Shown: piece after piece, positions 56,801-64,000 of the stretch
Position numbering within the stretch: the stretch's first letter is position 1
How the letters are laid out: each line of letters begins with the position of its first letter
From: Eukaryota sp. TZLM1-RC
Lineage: Eukaryota; Protista; Metamonada: BaSk clade
NCBI GenBank assembly: GCA_040285825.1
Contig: JAUPSS010000002.1
Location: 1,426,001-1,490,000, forward strand
Length of the DNA: 64,000 bases
Direction of reading: 5' to 3'
Program-made: the position numbers and the translations under genes
The notes under the pieces: model-generated
The model's input: only the letters and a program-made list of their open reading frames with translations
Told to the model about the DNA's origin: nothing
Databases searched by the model: none

Positions 56801-59800
56801 ACAACTCAGCCTTTGGTAAAAATTGACCCAGCTATAACAGATAAGCTCGATACGTCCCGGTACCTGTAGTAAGACAAGACGTTACATCTCAGGAAGAAAC
56901 AATTTTTTCTCAACCCATGGAAAGCGAAATTGGAGAAGATATAGAGTTGAACGAACCAGTCGTTGGAGAAACGGCTCCTCCTCAACTTTCAGTAAGAACC
57001 TCTTCTTCTGACAGACCCATGCGTATTGAGGACCTTCAATCCTCAAGAAGAGCTATCGACATGAGCATAGCCAGTAGCCTTCATAGACAAATGACTCACG
57101 GTTTAAGGACATCGACTATAAAAGACCTCGATTATCCGCTGATGACCCTATCAATAAAATGTCTATCATAGCTTTTCTTTTGAAATACCAAACTTGGGAT
57201 AAATACGGGCAAAAGATAGCTAATAAAGGCTTTGAAGCACCAGGTTAATCATATTGGACCAGAGCCTTCATGATAGCTACCCAGCTTTTCGGAGAAGGTC
57301 AAACAGAGATAACCCAAGATAGAATTAAAGATCTCCCCAAACATATACGTGACGAGATCACAAGGGACACAGCTCAGCCTTTGGTAAAAATTGACCCAGC
57401 TATAACAGATAAGCTCGATACGTCCCGGTACCTGTAGTAAGACAAGACGTTACATCTCAGGAAGAAACAACTTTTTCTCAACCCATGGAAAGCGAAATTG
57501 GAGAAGATACAGAGTTGAACGAACCAGTCGTTGGAGAAACGGCTCCTCCTCAACTTTCAGTAAGAACCTCTTCCTCTGACAGACCCATGCGTATTGAGGA
57601 CCTTCAATCCTCAAGAAGAGCTATCGACATGAGCATAGCCAGTAGCCTTCATAGACAAATTGACTCACGGTTTAAGGACATCGACTATAAAAGACCTCGA
57701 TTATCCGCTGTTGACCCTATCAATAAAATGTCTATCATAGCTTTTCTTTTGAAATACCAAACTTGGGATAAATACGGGCAAAAGATAGCTAATAAAGGCT
57801 TTGAAGCACCAGGTTAATCATATTGGACCAGAGCCTTCATGATAGCTACCCAGCTTTTCGGAGAAGGTCAAACAGAAATAACCCAAGATAGAATTAAAGA
57901 TCTCCCCAAACATATACGTGACGAGATCACAAGGGACACAACTCAGCCTTTGGTAAAAATTGACCCAGCTATAACAGATAAGCTCGATACGTCCCGGTAC
58001 CTGTAGTAAGACAAGACGTTACATCTCAGGAAGAAACAACTTTTTCTCAACCCATGGAAAGCGAAATTGGAGAAGATATAGAGTTGAACGAACCAGTCGT
58101 TGGAGAAACGGCTCCTCCTCAACTTTCAGTAAGAACCTCTTCTTCTGACAGACCCATGCGTATTGAGGACCTTCAATCCTCAAGAAGAGCTATCGACATG
58201 AGCATAGCCAGTAGCCTTCATAGACAAATGACTCACGGTTTAAGGACATCGACTATAAAAAGACCTCGATTATCCGCTGATGACCCTATCAATAAAATGT
58301 CTATCATAGCTTTTTCTTTTGAAATACCAAACTTGGGATAAATACGGGCAAAAGATAGCTAATAAAGGCTTTGAAGCACCAGGTTAATCATATTGGACCA
58401 GAGCCTTCATGATAGCTACCCAGCTTTTCGGAGAAGGTCAAACAGAGATAACCCAAGATAGAATTAAAGATCTCCCCAAACATATACGTGACGAGATCAC
58501 AAGGGACACAGCTCAGCCTTTGGTAAAAATTGACCCAGCTATAACAGATAAGCTCGATACGTCCCGGTACCTGTAGTAAGACAAGACGTTACATCTCAGG
58601 AAGAAACAACTTTTTCTCAACCCATGGAAAGCGAAATTGGAGAAAGTATAGAGTTGAACGAACCAGTCGTTGGAAAAACGGCTCCTCCTCAACTTTCAGT
58701 AAGAACCTCTTTTCTGACAGACCCATGCGTATCGAGGACCTTCAATCCTCAAGAAGAGCTATCGACATGAGCATAGCCAGTAGCCTTCATAGACAAATGA
58801 CTCACGGTTTAAGGACATCGACTATAAAAGACCTCGATTATCCGCTGATGACCCTATCAATAAAATGTCTATCATAGCTTTTCTTTTGAAATACCAAACT
58901 TGGGATAAATACGGGCAAAAGATAGCTAATAAAGGCTTTGAAGCACCAGGTTAATCATATTGGACCAGAGCCTTCATGATAGCTACCCAGCTTTTCGGAG
59001 AAGGTCAAACAGAGATGACCCAAGATAGAATTAAAGATCTCCCCAAACATATACGTGACGAAATCACAAGGGACACAACTCAGCCTTTGGTAAAAATTGA
59101 CCCAGCTATAACAGATAAGCTCGATACGTCCCGGTACCTGTAGTAAGACAAGACGTTACATCTTAGGAAGAAACAACTTTTTCTCAACCCATGGAAAGCG
59201 AAATTGGAGAAGATATAGAGTTGAACGAACCAGTCGTTGGAGAAACGGCTCCTCCTCAACTTTCACTAAGAACCTCTTCTTCTGACAGACCCATGCGTAT
59301 TGAGGACCTTCAATCCTCAAGAAGTGCTATCGACATGAGCATAGCCAGTAGCCTTCATAGACAAATTGACTCACGGTTTAAGGACATCGACTATAAAAAG
59401 ACCTCGATTATCCGCTAATGACCCTATCAATAAAATGTCTATCATAGCTTTTCTTTTGAAATACCAAACTTGGGATAAATACGGGCAAAGATAGCTAATA
59501 AAGGCTTTGAAGCACCAGGTTAATCATATTGGACCAGAGCCTTCATGATAGCTACCCAGCTTTTCGGAGAAGGTCAAACAGAAATAACCCAAGATAGAAT
59601 TAAAGATCTCCCCAAACATATACGTGACGAGATCACAAGGGACACAACTCAGCCTTTGGTAAATATTGACCCAGCTATAACAGATAAGCTCGATACGTCC
59701 CGGTACCTGTAGTAAGACAAGACGTTACATCTCAGGAAGAAACAACTTTTTCTCAACCCATGGAAAGCGAAATTGGAGAAGATATAGAGTTGAACGAACC

Positions 59801-62800
59801 AGTCGTTGGAGAAACGGCTCCTCCTCAACTTTCACTAAGAACCTCTTCTTCTGACAGACCCATGCGTATTGAGGACCTTCAATCCTCAAGAAGTGCTATC
59901 GACATGAGCATAGCCAGTAGCCTTCATAGACAAATTGACTCACGGTTTAAGGACATCGACTATAAAAGACCTCGATTATCCGCTAATGACCCTATCAATA
60001 AAATGTCTATCATAGCTTTTCTTTTGAAATACCAAACTTGGGATAAATACGGGCAAAAGATAGCTAATAAAGGCTTTGAAGCACCAGGTTAATCATATTG
60101 GACCAGAGCCTTCATGATAGCTACCCAGCTTTTCGGAGAAGGTCAAACAGAAATAACCCAAGATAGAATTAAAGATCTCCCCAAACATATACGTGACGAG
60201 ATCACAAGGGACACAACTCAGCCTTTGGTAAATATTGACCCAGCTATAACAGATAAGCTCGATACGTCCCGGTACCTGTAGTAAGACAAGACGTTACATC
60301 TCAGGAAGAAACAACTTTTTCTCAACCCATGGAAAGCGAAATTGGAGAAGATATAGAGTTGAACGAACCAGTCGTTGGAGAAACGGCTCCTCCTCAACTT
60401 TCAGTAAGAACCTCTTCTTCTGACAGACCCATGCGTATTGAGGACCTTCAATCCTCAAGAAGAGCTATCGACATGAGCATAGCCAGTAGCCTTCATAGAC
60501 AAATGACTCACGGTTTAAGGACATCGACTATAAAAGACCTCGATTATCCGCTGATGACCCTATCAATAAAATGTCTATCATAGCTTTTCTTTTGAAATAC
60601 CAAACTTGGGATAAATACGGGCAAAAGATAGCTAATAAAGGCTTTGAAGCACCAGGTTAATCATATTGGACCAGAGCCTTCATGATAGCTACCCAGCTTT
60701 TCGGAGAAGGTCAAACAGAGATAACCCAAGATAGAATTAAAGATCTCCCCAAACATATACGTGACGAGATCACAAGGGACACAACTCAGCCTTTGGTAAA
60801 AATTGACCCAGCTATAACAGATAAGCTCGATACGTCCCGGTACCTGTAGTAAGACAAGACGTTACATCTCAGGAAGAAACAACTTTTTCTCAACCCATGG
60901 AAAGCGAAATTGGAGAAGATATAGAGTTGAACGAACCAGTCGTTGGAGAAACGGCTCCTCCTCAACTTTCAGTAAGAACCTCTTCTTCTGACAGACCCAT
61001 GCGTATTGAGGACCTTCAATCCTCAAGAAGAGCTATCGACATGAGCATAGCCAGTAGCCTTCATAGACAAATTGACTCACGGTTTAAGGACATCGACTAT
61101 AAAAGACCTCGATTATCCGCTGATGACCCTATCAATAAAATGTCTATCATAGCTTTTCTTTTGAAATACCAAACTTGGGATAAATACGGGCAAAAGATAG
61201 CTAATAAAGGCTTTGAAGCACCAGGTTAATCATATTGGACCAGAGCCTTCATGATAGCTACCCAGCTTTTCGGAGAAGGTCAAACAGAGATAACCCAAGA
61301 TAGAATTAAAGATCTCCCCAAACATATACGTGACGAGATCACAAGGGACACAACTCAGCCTTTGGTAAAAATTGACCCAGCTATAACAGATAAGCTCGAT
61401 ACGTCCCGGTACCTGTAGTAAGACAAGACGTTACATCTCAGGAAGAAACAACTTTTTCTCAACCCATGGAAAGCGAAATTGGAGAAGATATAGAGTTGAA
61501 CGAACCAGTCGTTGGAGAAAACGGCTCCTCCTCAACTTTCAGTAAGAACCTCTTCTTCTGACAGACCCATGCGTATTGAGGACCTTCAATCCTCAAGAAG
61601 AGCTATCGACATGAGCATAGCCAGTAGCCTTCATAGACAAATTGACTCACGGTTTAAGGACATCGACTATAAAAGACCTCGATTATCCGCTGATGACCCT
61701 ATCAATAAAATGTCTATCATAGCTTTTCTTTTGAAATACCAAACTTGGGATAAATACGGGCAAAAGATAGCTAATAAAGGCTTTGAAGCACCAGGTTAAT
61801 CATATTGGACCAGAGCCTTCATGATAGCTACCCAGCTTTTCGGAGAAGGTCAAACAGAGATAACCCAAGATAGAATTAAAGATCTCCCCAAACATATATG
61901 TGACGAGATCACAAGGGACACAACTCAGCCTTTGGTAAAAATTGACCCAGCTATAACAGATAAGCTCGATACGTCCCGGTACCTGTAGTAAGACAAGACG
62001 TTACATCTCAGGAAGAAACAACTTTTTCTCAACCCATGGAAAGCGAAATTGGAGAAGATATAGAGTTGAACGAACCAGTCGTTGGAGAAACGGCTCCTCC
62101 TCAACTTTCAGTAAGAACCTCTTCTTCTGACAGACCCATGCGTATTGAGGACCTTCAATCCTCAAGAAGAGCTATCGACATGAGCATAGCCAGTAGCCTT
62201 CATAGACAAATTGACTCACGGTTTAAGGACATCGACTATAAAAAGACCTCGATTATCCGCTGATGACCCTATCAATAAAATGTCTATCATAGCTTTTCTT
62301 TTGAAATACCAAACTTGGGATAAATACGGGCAAAAGATAGCTAATAAAGGCTTTGAAGCACCAGGTTAATCATATTGGACCAGAGCCTTCATGATAGCTA
62401 CCCAGCTTTTCGGAGAAGGTCAAACAGAGATAACCCAAGATAGAATTAAAGATCTCCCCAAACATATATGTGACGAGATCACAAGGGACACAACTCAGCC
62501 TTTGGTAAAAATTGACCCAGCTATAACAGATAAGCTCGATACGTCCCGGTACCTGTAGTAAGACAAGACGTTACATCTCAGGAAGAAACAACTTTTTCTC
62601 AACCCATGGAAAGCGAAATTGGAGAAGATATAGAGTTGAACGAACCAGTCGTTGGAGAAACGGCTCCTCCTCAACTTTCAGTAAGAACCTCTTCTTCTGA
62701 CAGACCCATGCGTATTGAGGACCTTCAATCCTCAAGAAGAGCTATCGACATGAGCATAGCCAGTAGCCTTCATAGACAAATTGACTCACGGTTTAAGGAC

Positions 62801-64000
62801 ATCGACTATAAAAGACCTCGATTATCCGCTGATGACCCTATCAATAAAATGTCTATCATAGCTTTTCTTTTGAAATACCAAACTTGGGATAAATACGGGC
62901 AAAAGATAGCTAATAAAGGCTTTGAAGCACCAGGTTAATCATATTGGACCAGAGCCTTCATGATAGCTACCCAGCTTTTCGGAGAAGGTCAAACAGAGAT
63001 AACCCAAGATAGAATTAAAGATCTCCCCAAACATATATGTGACGAGATCACAAGGGACACAAATCAGCCTTTGGTAAAAATTGACCCAGCTATAACAGAT
63101 AAGCTCGATACGTCCCGGTACCTGTAGTAAGACAAGACGTTACATCTCAGGAAGAAACAACTTTTTCTCAACCCATGGAAAGCGAAATTGGAGAAGATAT
63201 AGAGTTGAACGAACCAGTCGTTGGAGAAACGGCTCCTCCTCAACTTTCAGTAAGAACCTCTTCTTCTGACAGACCCATGCGTATTGAGGACCTTCAATCC
63301 TCAAGAAGAGCTATCGACATGAGCATAGCCAGTAGCCTTCATAGACAAATTGACTCACGGTTTAAGGACATCGACTATAAAAGACCTCGATTATCCGCTG
63401 ATGACCCTATCAATAAAATGTCTATCATAGCTTTTCTTTTGAAATACCAAACTTGGGATAAATACGGGCAAAAGATAGCTAATAAAGGCTTTTGAAGCAC
63501 CAGGTTAATCATATTGGACCAGAGCCTTCATGATAGCTACCCAGCTTTTCGGAGAAGGTCAAACAGAGATAACCCAAGATAGAATTAAAGATCTCCCCAA
63601 ACATATATGTGACGAGATCACAAGGGACACAACTCAGCCTTTGGTAAAAATTGACCCAGCTATAACAGATAAGCTCGATACGTCCCGGTACCTGTAGTAA
63701 GACAAGACGTTACATCTCAGGAAGAAACAACTTTTTCTCAACCCATGGAAAGCGAAATTGGAGAAGATATAGAGTTGAACGAACCAGTCGTTGGAGAAAC
63801 GGCTCCTCCTCAACTTTCAGTAAGAACCTCTTCTTCTGACAGACCCATGCGTATTGAGGACCTTCAATCCTCAAGAAGAGCTATCGACATGACCATAGCC
63901 AGTAGCCTTCATAGACAAATTGACTCACGGTTTAAGGACATCGACTATAAAAGACCTCGATTATCCGCTGATGACCCTATCAATCAAATGTCTATCATAG
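53436..64000 (+). repeat. Tandem array of a 569-bp unit, about 18.6 copies, running off the window end
   Basis: Unit starts ACGTCCCGGTACC at 53436, 54005, ...; MESEIGED ORF starts recur every 567-571 bp; units differ by only a few SNPs and indels. Confidence 0.98.

Noticed and set aside
53436-64000. CRISPR-like array or repeated 110-aa gene family
   Set aside because: No unique spacers; whole units are duplicated; the ORFs are fragments with variable frameshifts

Overview
AT-rich, gene-dense DNA from a unicellular eukaryote with no introns evident in any gene here; a metamonad-like protist is a guess from architecture only. About 18 single-exon host genes are present (including CDC5/CEF1, Rxt3-like, PSMD9/Nas2, eIF2D, UBE2J/Ubc6, FKBP, TBC RabGAP, RasGEF and LMBR1-like). 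Convergent gene pairs are packed tightly, while most 5' intergenic regions are filled with transposon debris. That debris comprises at least nine Fanzor (eukaryotic TnpB/OMEGA) genes or remnants from several families, three families of restriction-like-endonuclease (RLE) non-LTR retrotransposons (two copies with clean 11-bp TSDs), an internally deleted hAT element with TIRs and an 8-bp TSD, a MULE transposase pseudogene and a Ulp1-protease remnant. The last 10.5 kb is a 569-bp tandem array with higher-order structure. The main discovery is that Fanzor 3' ends (the omegaRNA/right-end region) repeatedly lie co-oriented with, and directly against, the start codons of host genes. One family ends at the same offset (...CG|ATG) on both CDC5 and an unrelated PH-domain gene. 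This suggests start-codon/promoter-targeted Fanzor elements whose right ends now act as 5' leaders or promoters of host genes.
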